This document shows, piece after piece, positions 1 to 8,848 of a DNA stretch of 64,000 bases (positions are counted from its first letter, which is position 1; each line of letters starts with the position of its first letter). The stretch covers positions 12,688 to 76,687 of the forward strand of contig JBEKOU010000003.1 of assembly GCA_049521435.1 (NCBI GenBank). The letters are read 5' to 3'. The notes beneath the pieces are model-generated. The model saw only the letters and a list, made by a program, of their open reading frames with translations, was not told the DNA's origin and made no database searches. The stretch comes from Candidatus Dormibacteria bacterium (GTDB taxonomy: Bacteria > Chloroflexota > Dormibacteria > Aeolococcales > Aeolococcaceae). Both the position numbers and the translations under genes were made by a program.

Positions 1-221
1 CAGGTGGGCCGGAGCACGTGGGTGCGCACGATCGCCCCCGCATCGAAGAGCCGGTGGACGTCGGCGACGGTGGCGTTGCCCGTGCGCTGGCCGAGTGCCC
101 AGGCCGCCGCCGGGTAGTCCTGCGCCTGCACCGCGCACAGCCAGCCCACCACCTCGTCGGCTGAGCCCAGTGGATTGCCGGCCAGCCGCTGATTGCCGAG
201 GCGCCGGGCGGCGATGTCCAT
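1..221 (-). CDS. 5' part of an AlkZ/YcaQ-like winged-helix DNA glycosylase family gene (runs off the left edge)
   Basis: Own translation from the minus-strand ATG at 221: MDIAARRLGNQRLAGNPLGSADEVVGWLCAVQAQDYPAAAWALGQRTGNATVADVHRLFDAGAIVRTHVLRPT. The VQAQD...W and RTHxLRPT pattern is what I recall for the YcaQ/DUF1006 family. It is absent from the ORF track because it is truncated. Confidence 0.5.
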   Translation of the reverse strand, partial: MDIAARRLGNQRLAGNPLGSADEVVGWLCAVQAQDYPAAAWALGQRTGNATVADVHRLFDAGAIVRTHVLRPT

Positions 222-3153
222 CACCCGAACTCTATGCAGAGGGCACGCAGAGCCGGTGAGGCGGCATGCTTGGCAGGTGGCCGACCAGCCTGATCCCCCA
301 CCTCCGGATGTCGAGGCCGAAGCGCAGCGGCGTCTCCGGCGCAATGTGCGCCTGGTCGGCACCCTGCTGGGCGAGACCCTCGCCGGGCAGGAGGGTGAGC
401 CGCTGCTCCAGCTCGAGGAGGAGGTCCGGGCCAAGACCAAGCAGCTCCGCGACCGCCACGACGAGGCGGTCAGCCAGGCGCTCGACCGCCAGCTCAGCGA
501 GATCGACGTCAGCACGGCCACCCGGCTGATCCGAGCCTTCTCCCTCTACTTCCAGCTGGTCAACGTGGCCGAGCTGGAGCACCGGGTGCAGGTGATCCGC
601 GGCATTCAGGCGGTCCCGGCCGGAGGGGTCGCCTCCCCGGGAACGTTCCACGACCTCTTCACCCGCGCCGCCCACGCCGAGGGCGGGCGGGAGCGGTTGC
701 TCACCGCGCTCGTGGAGCTGGACGTCGTGCCGGTGGTCACCGCCCACCCCACCGAGGCGGTGCGCCGCTCCGTCCTCGATCACGTCAACGGTGTTGCCAT
801 GGCCCTGGACGCGCTCGACGGTCCCGCGCCCGGCTCCCCTCGCCACACGGCACTCATCGACTCCATGCGGCGTCACATGGAGCTGCTCTGGCAGACCGAG
901 GAGCTCCGCACCGTGCGCCCCACCGTCCTCGACGAGGCCCGGGACATCCGCTTCCACCTCGACCTGCTGATGGACGTCATTCCCGCGGTCCACGCCGAGC
1001 TGGATCGGCGCTGGACCGAGGTCTTCGGCGGGCCACCTCCGCCCTTCCACCCCTTCCTCCGGCTCGGCTCCTGGGTCGGCGGCGACCAGGACGGCAACCC
1101 CCATGCCCGAGCCCGGACGCTCCGGGACGCCCTGCGCGCCCAGAAGCAGATGGTTCTCACCCGCTACCGCGACTCGGTGCATGCGATCTCCGTCCAGTAC
1201 AGCCAGTCCACCCGCTGGACCGGAGCCGACGCGGAGCTGGCGGCTTCCATCGCCGACGACGAGGCGCGGATGCCGGAGGCGGTGCACGACCTGGGGGACC
1301 GCAATCTCGGTGAGCCCTACCGGCGCAAGCTGACCCTGGTCCATCACCGCCTGGAGGCCTCCCTCGCCTACCTGCAAGGGGTCCGTGCGGCCGAGCGCCC
1401 CTACTCCACGGCGCAGGAGCTGCTCGACGACCTCGACCTGGTCGACGCCGCCCTGCGCCGTCAGCGCGGCGCCCTCTTCGCCGACGGCGGCCTGCTGGAG
1501 CTGCGACGCCAGGTGGGTGCCTTCGACTTCTACGGGTACGCGATCGACGTCCGGCTGCACGCCTCCCGTCTGCGCGAGGTCGCCTCGACGATCCTGCGCC
1601 AGTGCGGCCAGCTGGACCGCAGCCTCGACGACCTCGACGAGGACGCCGCGGTCGAGCTGCTCGCACGCGCCATGCAGCAGCGCGGGCCGCACATCGGCAC
1701 CTTGGCCCTCAGCGCCGACGACCGCGACCTCCTCGACACCCTGGTGGAGATGGGCCGCGCCCAGCGCTCGATCTCCCCCCACTCGACCGAGAGCGTGGTG
1801 ATCTCGATGACCCACTCGCCGGTCGAGGTGATGGCAGGGATGTGGCTCGCCTCCCTGGTCGGGCTGGTCTCCTGGTCCTTCGGCAGCGTGCACACCAGCC
1901 GATTTGACCTCGTGCCCCTGATGGAGACGATCGCCGGTCTGCGCTCCGCCCCGCGGGTGCTGCGCCGCCTGCTCGCCCAGCCCGAGTACGCCGAGCAGGT
2001 GCGGGCCCGCGGCAACATCCAGGAGGTGATGCTCGGATACAGCGACAGCAGCAAGGACGGCGGCTACCTCGCCGCCCAGTGGTCGCTGTACGTCGCCCAC
2101 CGCCAGCTCGCGCGGGTCTGCGACGAGGCGGGCGTGCACCTCCGCCTCTTCCACGGCCGGGGCGGCACGGTGTCGCGCGGGGGAGGGCCCACCCACGAGG
2201 CGCTCCTCTCCCAACCGCCGGGGGCGGTGCGCGGCCGGGTCCGGCTGACCGAGCAGGGCGAGATCCTTCACTACCGCTACTCGCGCGAGGAGGTGGCCCA
2301 GAACCACCTGGAGCTGGTTGCCGCGGCGGTCTGGGAGGCGAGCTCGCTGCAGACCCCGCTCCCCTTGGAGCAGGAGGCGGTCTGGGAGACGGCGATGGCG
2401 CGCATCGCGGCCGACAGCTACCGGCGCTACCGGGCCTTCGTGTACACGGATGAATTCGAGCGTTTCTTCACCGAGGTGACGCCGATCGGCGAGCTGGGGC
2501 AGCTCAACATCGGCTCCCGGCCGGTGAGCCGCGGGGAGTCCACGCGGATCGCCGAGTTGCGGGCGATCCCGTGGGTGTTCGCGTGGAACCAGACCCGGCT
2601 GATGCTGCCCACCTGGTACGGGGTGGGTGGGTCGCTGGTGGCCTTCGCCGAGGACCTGCCCGTTGATGCCGAAGATGACCGCAACGCGCCACCGCCCAGT
2701 GATGTCGAGGGACCGCTGCCGGCGGCGGGGACGGCGCGCTGGAAGCTGCTCCACCAGATGTACCGGCGCTGGCCGTTCTTTCGCGCCCTGATCGGCAACC
2801 TGGAGATGACCCTGGCCAAGACCGACATGGGGGTGGCGAGCCGCTACTTCGAGCTGGTCCGGGACCCCGGGCTGCGCGAGCGGATGTGGGTGGATGTGAC
2901 CGCCGAGCACGCGCGGACGCTCCAGGCGGTGCTCCACATCACCGGCAAGCGCACCCTGCTGGCCGACCAGCCGCTCCTCCAGGAGACGCTCCGGCTCCGC
3001 GACCCCTACATCGACCCCCTCTCCGTCCTCCAGGCCCAGATGCTGGCCCGTTACCGGGCCCTGGACGAGGCCGACCCGCAGCGCGCAGCTCTGCTGGAGG
3101 CGATCCTGCGGAGCGTCAACGGGATCGCCGCGGGCTTGCAGAACACCGGCTGA
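193..3153 (+). CDS. ppc: phosphoenolpyruvate carboxylase
   Basis: 986-aa ORF with VTAHPTEAVRRSV, GYSDSSKDGGYLAAQW, FHGRGGTVSRGGGP and the C-terminal NTG. The true start is probably the in-frame GTG at 256 or 277, because 193-221 overlaps the divergent gene and RLRRNVRLVGTLLGETL aligns near the N-terminus of known Ppc. Confidence 0.95.
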   Translation: MPRRRAAMSITRTLCRGHAEPVRRHAWQVADQPDPPPPDVEAEAQRRLRRNVRLVGTLLGETLAGQEGEPLLQLEEEVRAKTKQLRDRHDEAVSQALDRQLSEIDVSTATRLIRAFSLYFQLVNVAELEHRVQVIRGIQAVPAGGVASPGTFHDLFTRAAHAEGGRERLLTALVELDVVPVVTAHPTEAVRRSVLDHVNGVAMALDALDGPAPGSPRHTALIDSMRRHMELLWQTEELRTVRPTVLDEARDIRFHLDLLMDVIPAVHAELDRRWTEVFGGPPPPFHPFLRLGSWVGGDQDGNPHARARTLRDALRAQKQMVLTRYRDSVHAISVQYSQSTRWTGADAELAASIADDEARMPEAVHDLGDRNLGEPYRRKLTLVHHRLEASLAYLQGVRAAERPYSTAQELLDDLDLVDAALRRQRGALFADGGLLELRRQVGAFDFYGYAIDVRLHASRLREVASTILRQCGQLDRSLDDLDEDAAVELLARAMQQRGPHIGTLALSADDRDLLDTLVEMGRAQRSISPHSTESVVISMTHSPVEVMAGMWLASLVGLVSWSFGSVHTSRFDLVPLMETIAGLRSAPRVLRRLLAQPEYAEQVRARGNIQEVMLGYSDSSKDGGYLAAQWSLYVAHRQLARVCDEAGVHLRLFHGRGGTVSRGGGPTHEALLSQPPGAVRGRVRLTEQGEILHYRYSREEVAQNHLELVAAAVWEASSLQTPLPLEQEAVWETAMARIAADSYRRYRAFVYTDEFERFFTEVTPIGELGQLNIGSRPVSRGESTRIAELRAIPWVFAWNQTRLMLPTWYGVGGSLVAFAEDLPVDAEDDRNAPPPSDVEGPLPAAGTARWKLLHQMYRRWPFFRALIGNLEMTLAKTDMGVASRYFELVRDPGLRERMWVDVTAEHARTLQAVLHITGKRTLLADQPLLQETLRLRDPYIDPLSVLQAQMLARYRALDEADPQRAALLEAILRSVNGIAAGLQNTG

Positions 3154-3166
3154 CGAGTACGCTGTC

Positions 3167-3889
3167 GTGACGATGGAGCGAAGGGAAGAGAGCATCTGGG
3201 GCCACGATGGGCACCGGTTCTCCGCCTCGCTCTCGCTTCCGGAGGGCGGGATGGGGCCGGGACTGGTGGTGGTCCAGGAGATATTCGGCCTCACCCCGTA
3301 TGTCAAGGGCGTGTGCGACCGCCTTGCCGGCCTCGGCTACGTCGCGCTGGCACCCGACCTCTACTCGCGGTTGGAGCCCGACCTGGTGCTCGACGAGCAC
3401 CTCCCCGAGAGCCTGCCGCGCGCCTTCCAGGCGATGCAGCGGCTGGACGTGCCTCAGGCGGCCGACGACGCGGCGGCCACCCTGGAGCATCTGCGGAGCA
3501 TTCCCGAGACCCGCGACCACCGGGTTGGGATCATCGGATTCTGCCTGGGTGGCGGCATCGCCTACATGGTGGCGGCAGCGTCCGACCCCGCGGTCGCCGT
3601 CTGCTACTACGGGTCGGCCATCCCCGGCGCCCTCGAGCTGGCTCCCAAGATCACCTGCCCGATCCTCTTCCACTTCGGCGAGGACGACACCTACATCAAC
3701 ACCGCTCAGCGCCGGGCGGTGGCCCACGAGTTCGCCGGCCGCCGCCACGTGGAGCTGCACCTCCACCCCCACGCCGGCCACGCCTTTGACAACCACGACT
3801 CGGCGATGTTCTCCCGACCCCAGGCCGCAGCCCGGGCCTGGGAGCAGACCGCGGCCTTCCTGGAGTACCACCTGCCTCCCCGGGGGTGA
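3167..3889 (+). CDS. dienelactone hydrolase family protein
   Basis: GLVVVQEIFGLTPYVKGVCDRLAGLGYVALAPDLY, nucleophile-elbow-like GFCLGGGIAY, HPHAGHAF near the C-terminus. Alternative ATG at 3173. Confidence 0.8.
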   Translation: MTMERREESIWGHDGHRFSASLSLPEGGMGPGLVVVQEIFGLTPYVKGVCDRLAGLGYVALAPDLYSRLEPDLVLDEHLPESLPRAFQAMQRLDVPQAADDAAATLEHLRSIPETRDHRVGIIGFCLGGGIAYMVAAASDPAVAVCYYGSAIPGALELAPKITCPILFHFGEDDTYINTAQRRAVAHEFAGRRHVELHLHPHAGHAFDNHDSAMFSRPQAAARAWEQTAAFLEYHLPPRG

Positions 3890-3911
3890 CTTTGTCCGTC
3901 CGATGTCCGGC

Positions 3912-3939
3912 GATCGCCCCGACCATGACCGGGGCGATC
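3912..3939 (+). terminator. hairpin after the hydrolase gene (GATCGCCCC-10 nt-GGGGCGATC, then TTC)
   Basis: 9-bp inverted repeat read directly, 23 nt after the stop. No clear U-tract. Confidence 0.3.
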
Positions 3940-3961
3940 TTCAGGGGACGGAGGACATGCG

Positions 3962-4294
3962 GTGGCACCAGCGGCGGGACAGGGCGCATCGGGCAGCAGC
4001 GCCACCCTGTACGTCGGCAGCATCACCTCCTTCAACGACCTCTCGGACGCGTTCCAGCGGGCGCGCGGCCAGCTCGTCAACGCCGCTGCCGACCTCGGGG
4101 CGCACGGCTCGGCCGCCGGCGACCCCTTTGGCCACGCCTCGTCTGACACCGCCTACGGGGAGGTGCTCCGGGAGACGCTGACCGCCCTGGACAACCTCGG
4201 CGACGGCCTGCAGACGCTGGGACGGCGGGTCGAGGAAGCCGGAGCCGTGCTCGTGGCCGCCGAGCAGAGCATCGCGCGGTCGATGACGCCCTGA
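3962..4294 (+). CDS. small helical protein, possible WXG100-like partner or chaperone of the downstream toxin
   Basis: GTG start with GGAGGA 8 nt upstream and high GC3. 110 aa predicted as two helices around a central Gly/Pro turn (AAGDPFGHASS). Sits 19 nt upstream of the toxin ORF. Confidence 0.5.
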   Translation: MAPAAGQGASGSSATLYVGSITSFNDLSDAFQRARGQLVNAAADLGAHGSAAGDPFGHASSDTAYGEVLRETLTALDNLGDGLQTLGRRVEEAGAVLVAAEQSIARSMTP

Positions 4295-4313
4295 GAGGGA
4301 GGGGAATCCACTC

Positions 4314-5375
4314 ATGGGCCTTCCCGGCTGGATGCCCGGCCGGCCGGGCGGCGACCCGCAGCGGCTCACCCGGATGGCAGCTGCCTGGGAGGCCGTCGAC
4401 ACGGCCCTGCAGGCTGCCGAGCGGCAGCTCGCCCCACAGGCCGAGGACATCTCGCCCTGGTGGCGGGGGCAGGCGGCCGGCGCCTACACGGCGGCCTGGT
4501 ACGAGTACTCGGCCGGCCTGGCCCCGCTCCACCAGCAGCTCCAGGCGGTGGCGGGGGCCCTGCACGTGGCCTCCTTCGCGATCTGCAGCGCCCAGATGCA
4601 GTACGACCAGGCCGTCGAGGAGGTGATGGCCGGGGCCGCGGTCCTGACCGGCGCGGCCCTCTTCACCTTTGGCCTGTCGGAGGCCGGTGAGGCGGGGATC
4701 CTGGCGTCGGCCAGCGCCACCATCACGGAGCTTCTCGCAAGCCTGGCCGAGGCATTGGCGGAGATCGCCGCCTCCATCGGCGAGGCGCTCGCCGCCATGG
4801 CCCGGATCGCGGCCCAGCTGCTGCTGCCGCTTGGTGGAGGTGCGGGAACAGGTGGCGGGATGGCATTGGCCCTTGCCGGCGGCGGCACCCTGACCGTCAC
4901 CACCACCACGGCCGGCACCGGGCTGGCGGTCAGCGGGACGGTCGTTGCCGCCGGCGCCGTCGCGATCGACGCCCTGCTGGCCAAGGCGCTCGGCGGTGGC
5001 GGTGGGCATCTCAGCGCCGGGGGTGGGGGGAGCGGTAGCGAGGTCAACCCGCGAGATCAGGTCCCGCGCAGGTATGAGGCCGACACGAAATCCCTCAACC
5101 ACTTCGCGTCGAGGCACGGCAACGCCTTCGGCCTCCCGCAGACGACGCCGACCGTCGCCGGGCGTGCGGCCATCAGCGACTACATCCGGGACTGGATCAT
5201 GGACCCGGCCCACGAGCAGATCGTGGGCACCTTCCAGCGACAGCCCGCCATCATCTACCTTGACCCGGGCACGGGCCAAGTGATGTTCACGTATCCTGAC
5301 GGTCAGTTCTGGAGCGGGTTTCAGCTGGGCAAAACTCAGCTCAGCAGCCTGCTCACCACGGGAGGGTTCGCGTGA
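4314..5375 (+). CDS. polymorphic toxin: WXG100/T7SS-substrate-like N-domain, Gly/Ala-rich hydrophobic middle, colicin-D-like C-terminal domain (tentative)
   Basis: SD GGGAGGGG. N-terminus LTRMAAAWEAVDTALQAAERQL...SPWWRGQAAGAYTAAWYEY carries a W-x-G turn. A GGGGSGSE linker precedes NHFASRHGNAFGL...QFWSGFQLGKTQLSSLLTTGGFA. Confidence 0.7.
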   Translation: MGLPGWMPGRPGGDPQRLTRMAAAWEAVDTALQAAERQLAPQAEDISPWWRGQAAGAYTAAWYEYSAGLAPLHQQLQAVAGALHVASFAICSAQMQYDQAVEEVMAGAAVLTGAALFTFGLSEAGEAGILASASATITELLASLAEALAEIAASIGEALAAMARIAAQLLLPLGGGAGTGGGMALALAGGGTLTVTTTTAGTGLAVSGTVVAAGAVAIDALLAKALGGGGGHLSAGGGGSGSEVNPRDQVPRRYEADTKSLNHFASRHGNAFGLPQTTPTVAGRAAISDYIRDWIMDPAHEQIVGTFQRQPAIIYLDPGTGQVMFTYPDGQFWSGFQLGKTQLSSLLTTGGFA

Positions 5376-5782
5376 CTCCGGGGATCGGCGAGTTTCGTCA
5401 AACCATGCTCGACTTCGTCGATGGCCGTATCGCCGTCGGTGAATTCGACAGTGTCTACGTGAAGATGTGGGAGGAGCGGCGAGACCACGACTGGGCTGTC
5501 CTTGACGCGGAACATCCCCGGGCGCACCACCTCATACGTGAGAATCGCGCGGAATGGGACCGCATCAACGCCGAGCTGACCCACAAGGGCGAGTTGCTCC
5601 CCGACGACATCCAGACGGCGCTGGACCACATTTACACCGACCTCGATGTCCTCGATCAACGACCGTACGGGATCACGGTGGATCAGCTGCGCGAGGATTG
5701 CCGGCAGGCAATCACCCAGCTCGACGAACTGGGGCACGCGGCGCCCTCATCGGATGAGCGCACCGGAGATGGGGGTGCCTAG
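5372..5782 (+). CDS. cognate immunity protein (colicin D immunity / Colicin_immun-like, tentative)
   Basis: GTGA overlap with the toxin stop. LDFVDGRIAVGEFDSVYVKMWEERR resembles ImmD [23 protein letters not shown] as I recall it. Acidic, 136 aa. Confidence 0.6.
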   Translation: MTPGIGEFRQTMLDFVDGRIAVGEFDSVYVKMWEERRDHDWAVLDAEHPRAHHLIRENRAEWDRINAELTHKGELLPDDIQTALDHIYTDLDVLDQRPYGITVDQLREDCRQAITQLDELGHAAPSSDERTGDGGA

Positions 5783-5804
5783 CTACGCGTGGCACCCCGG
5801 CGCC

Positions 5805-5833
5805 TTGGGCCGATGCAAGCAATGTGCTAGCAT
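5805..5833 (+). promoter_or_regulatory. candidate sigma70-type promoter giving a leaderless vapBC mRNA, overlapped by TGCWAGCA boxes
   Basis: TTGGGC, 17-nt spacer, TAGCAT, 6 nt, then ATG at 5840. TGCAAGCA-ATG-TGCTAGCA (5813-5831) is an imperfect palindrome over the -10. Confidence 0.45.
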
Positions 5834-5839
5834 GGCCGA

Positions 5840-6061
5840 ATGAAGACCCTCTACCTGCGCAACGTCCCCGACGAGGTGGCGAGCCGGCTTCAGGGGATGG
5901 CGAACCGAGCCGGGCTGTCACTCACGGCGTTCGCCGTCCGTCAGCTGGCCGCCGTGGCGCGGCAGTCGGACAACGCCGCGCTGCTCGCTGAGTTGCCCGA
6001 CCTCGGCTTCTCGGCCGACCTCGTACTCAACGATCTCGATGCGGGCCGGGACGCACGGTGA
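5840..6061 (+). CDS. vapB: VapB/FitA-like ribbon-helix-helix antitoxin
   Basis: MKTLYLRNVPDEVASRLQGMANRAGLSLTAF is the classic RHH antitoxin N-terminus. 4-nt overlap with the PIN gene. Confidence 0.85.
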   Translation: MKTLYLRNVPDEVASRLQGMANRAGLSLTAFAVRQLAAVARQSDNAALLAELPDLGFSADLVLNDLDAGRDAR

Positions 6062-6441
6062 TCGTGGTGGATGCGTCAGCCGCAGTTCTGGCCCTGGTCA
6101 ACGCCGGCGACGCTCGCCGCCGTCTCCAGGTCGAGGAGCTCCATGCGCCGGGGCTGGTCGACTCCGAAGTGGTTCACGTCATCCGCCGTCAGGAGAGGGC
6201 CGGCATGCTCGGCTCGACGGAGGCCGCACGTGTGATCGACACGTGGCGCCGCCTCGGGATCCGCCGTCACTCGGTCCAAGGACAGATCGAACGGATATGG
6301 GAGCTGCGCCACAACCTCACGGGTTATGACGCGACGTACGTAGCCCTCGCGGAAGGTTTGGGATGCGAGCTCGTCACTGCAGACCGAAGGCTGACGGGCA
6401 CGCCGAAGCTCAGCTGTCCGGTGACCCTGGTCACGTCGTAG
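6058..6441 (+). CDS. vapC: PIN-domain ribonuclease toxin VapC
   Basis: MIVVDASAAV (first acidic residue), DSEV, TGYDATYVALAEGLGCELVTADRRL (PIN C-terminal acidic motif). Confidence 0.9.
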   Translation: MIVVDASAAVLALVNAGDARRRLQVEELHAPGLVDSEVVHVIRRQERAGMLGSTEAARVIDTWRRLGIRRHSVQGQIERIWELRHNLTGYDATYVALAEGLGCELVTADRRLTGTPKLSCPVTLVTS

Positions 6442-6516
6442 GCGCGGACACACCGCAAGGGCACTTCGACTGTCCGTTCGCTGTCTGTCTGCACTCCGTA
6501 GGCTCGGGCCGTCCGT

Positions 6517-6543
6517 GATGACCCAGCAGGACCCTGGGTCATC
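6517..6543 (+). terminator. hairpin GATGACCCAG-7 nt-CTGGGTCATC downstream of vapC
   Basis: 10-bp inverted repeat read directly, 75 nt after the vapC stop. No U-tract. Confidence 0.3.
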
Positions 6544-6590
6544 TCAGTACACTGCCGATCGCATCACCTGCATCTTGGGAAGGAAGGACT

Positions 6591-7499
6591 GTGGGCACCT
6601 CTCTCCCCTGCCCGTCTGGATCTTCGAGCCGGCCCTGTCTGGCTCGCTTGCGCCGATGGCTCGCGACCCTCACGCTGCTGGCCAGCCTGGCAGCCGGGTG
6701 TGGCACTGGGGCCCACGCAACCGCCGGCACGTCGACCGCCTCGCCGATCACCTCCAGCACCACGCGCGCGACCGGGGCGAACCCCAGCGCGACGGCGAGT
6801 GCGGGCGTGATTGCCACTTCCTACTGCGACGAACAGGACACCACGATCCCGGGAGCCGCGGCGTTTCTCTCTGATCAGGGGCCACGGCCGACCAACCTCA
6901 CGGCCGTCCAGGAGGCCTGGTTCGATATGGAGGCCACGATGGTTCCGGCGTGCTCTGAGATCGTGCCCGAACCACCGGCGGTCACCATGCAGAACCTGAC
7001 CAACGGTCAGCTGAGCAGCGCCGAGTTCCAGACCTGGGTGACCGAGGATGAGATGTGGTGGACCCTCGCCGAGTGGGCTGGCCAGCACGACCAACCCGAC
7101 TTTGTCACCGACTTCTTGTACGGGGGGAGTGGCAACACGTTTACCAGCTTCCTTCGCGCTGGAGGCAAGGTGGTGGACAGCCAGACCTGCGAGTACGCGT
7201 TGAAGTACGACGCGGTGGCGGTGACGGCTGAGCAGATGTCGGATCTCACCGTGAACCGTTTGACGAACGCCGGCGTCGTCTTCGTCGGAGCCGCTATCGG
7301 GCCCTGCACAAGTACATGGACGGCGTCGGACGGCACCGTCACGAACAAGGGCCTAGCTGCCGGGCAAGAGGGACGGGAGCTTGACGTTACGACGACACAC
7401 ACCAACGCCGCGCTCGGCCAGTATCTAGTTGTCAATGACAGTTGGGATCAAGGCGACGACGCGACTGCGGATTCGATCTTCAGTCTAGTTGGGATCTGA
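6591..7499 (+). CDS. hypothetical lipoprotein
   Basis: GTG start behind GGAAGGAAGGA. The N-terminus ends in LLASLAAGCG (lipobox-like), followed by a Ser/Thr/Ala-rich linker. No family recognised. Confidence 0.6.
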   Translation: MGTSLPCPSGSSSRPCLARLRRWLATLTLLASLAAGCGTGAHATAGTSTASPITSSTTRATGANPSATASAGVIATSYCDEQDTTIPGAAAFLSDQGPRPTNLTAVQEAWFDMEATMVPACSEIVPEPPAVTMQNLTNGQLSSAEFQTWVTEDEMWWTLAEWAGQHDQPDFVTDFLYGGSGNTFTSFLRAGGKVVDSQTCEYALKYDAVAVTAEQMSDLTVNRLTNAGVVFVGAAIGPCTSTWTASDGTVTNKGLAAGQEGRELDVTTTHTNAALGQYLVVNDSWDQGDDATADSIFSLVGI

Positions 7500-8847
7500 A
7501 GGATTGGGCCGCCGCAGGTTACTCGCGGTACTCTGTGCGCTGAGCGCGATTGTCGTGAGCACCGGGGCCACGGCGGTGCTCGCCTACTCCGGGAATGGGG
7601 TGACCGCCAACTGTCAGCCTGCCGCGGGACTGAGCCTGGCGATCGGAAAACCTCCACAGCCGGGGCCTGCTGGTAGCGTCGCCGCCGATGGCAGCCTCAC
7701 CCTCTACTGCCGGACCACGGGTACCAACTCGCGAGACGGGATCTATACCCCCGGGACCAACCCGCCGCCTCCCAAAGCCGGCACGCCCTGCAGCGTGAAC
7801 ATCGGCTACGAAGGCGCTCAGGTGCTTGGCCAATCGTTTCTGGAGTCCGAGTACCTGCCCGGCGCGGTGACGGTCTTCCCGTTCGCTCTTTGGACCGGGA
7901 CCATCAATGCCGACATCGTGCCTTCATCGGGCTCCTTCGGCGACCTCTGGGGGAGTGTGGCCGACACGGCACCGGCGGCACTCGGGGTCAATTGGGCAGC
8001 CGCCTCCCAGTACGGACCCGCCCCACCCAGCGCTCTACCCGACTCAGGGCTCGCCACGGGGGGGTTCATCATGTCTGGACTGGAGAACCAGACGCTCGTC
8101 GCCTCAGTGACGACCGAGCCCGGCGGCGATGGGGAATGGGAGAAGAGTTCCGGCGGCGAGTGGCTGTGCGACGGGCCGCGGCTCAGTCTCACCGTCCAGC
8201 CGGAGCCCGACGTGGCCACCCCGCCCTCCGAGACGCCACCAGTCGAAACCACCTGGGCAGTGCCGACCGTGCAGCAGGCAATGGCCGTGGCCGGTGTGAC
8301 GGCTGGACAGGTGCAGACCAGCGCTCCGGACAACTACGTCGTCTTCGCGCCCACGACGTTCTGGATCACCCCGCAGCCCCAGGGGCCTGACGTCCCCCCC
8401 GTGGTCACGAACGTCATCGGTCCCCCCGACGCCAACGGCGAATCCATCGTCTACAGCTACTACCTGGCCGTGGAGCCGTCCGACACGATCAACTGGACCT
8501 TCGGGGACGGCACGACCGGCACGTCCCAGGCGGAGAGCTCGGGACCGGGGGAAGCTGGGATCACCCACTACTACAAGCAGATCAGCGGTGAGGGGGCACT
8601 GCCAGCCGCCGGTTCGACCGTCTCGGCGGCCCAGGACGTGACCGTGACCGCCTTCGTGGGCTGGATTGACGGCACCAACACCGCCTATTACGAATGCGTC
8701 ACTCCCGACGGCGGGGTTGACGGCATCAACCACAACACCCAGGCCCAGGCGATAACCGCCTGCAGCATCACCTACCCCGACGCGCTCGTCGACGCCGCCC
8801 TCCCGGCCAAGCCCGTCTACCAGGTCCGGACCGTCCCGGTGGCGTGA
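7489..8847 (+). CDS. secreted protein with a C-terminal PKD-like module
   Basis: Signal-like RRRLLAVLCALSAIVVSTGATAVLAYS. INWTFGDGTTG...ITHYYK matches the PKD WxFGDG...HxY signature. Overlaps the upstream lipoprotein gene by 11 nt. Confidence 0.6.
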   Translation: MGSEGLGRRRLLAVLCALSAIVVSTGATAVLAYSGNGVTANCQPAAGLSLAIGKPPQPGPAGSVAADGSLTLYCRTTGTNSRDGIYTPGTNPPPPKAGTPCSVNIGYEGAQVLGQSFLESEYLPGAVTVFPFALWTGTINADIVPSSGSFGDLWGSVADTAPAALGVNWAAASQYGPAPPSALPDSGLATGGFIMSGLENQTLVASVTTEPGGDGEWEKSSGGEWLCDGPRLSLTVQPEPDVATPPSETPPVETTWAVPTVQQAMAVAGVTAGQVQTSAPDNYVVFAPTTFWITPQPQGPDVPPVVTNVIGPPDANGESIVYSYYLAVEPSDTINWTFGDGTTGTSQAESSGPGEAGITHYYKQISGEGALPAAGSTVSAAQDVTVTAFVGWIDGTNTAYYECVTPDGGVDGINHNTQAQAITACSITYPDALVDAALPAKPVYQVRTVPVA

Positions 8848-8848
8848 C

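Noticed and set aside
232-3306. 1024-aa minus-strand ORF covering all of ppc
   Set aside because: It is antisense to a gene with unambiguous Ppc motifs. Its translation is Arg/Gly/Pro/Ala-rich low-complexity sequence, typical of stop-poor antisense frames in high-GC DNA.
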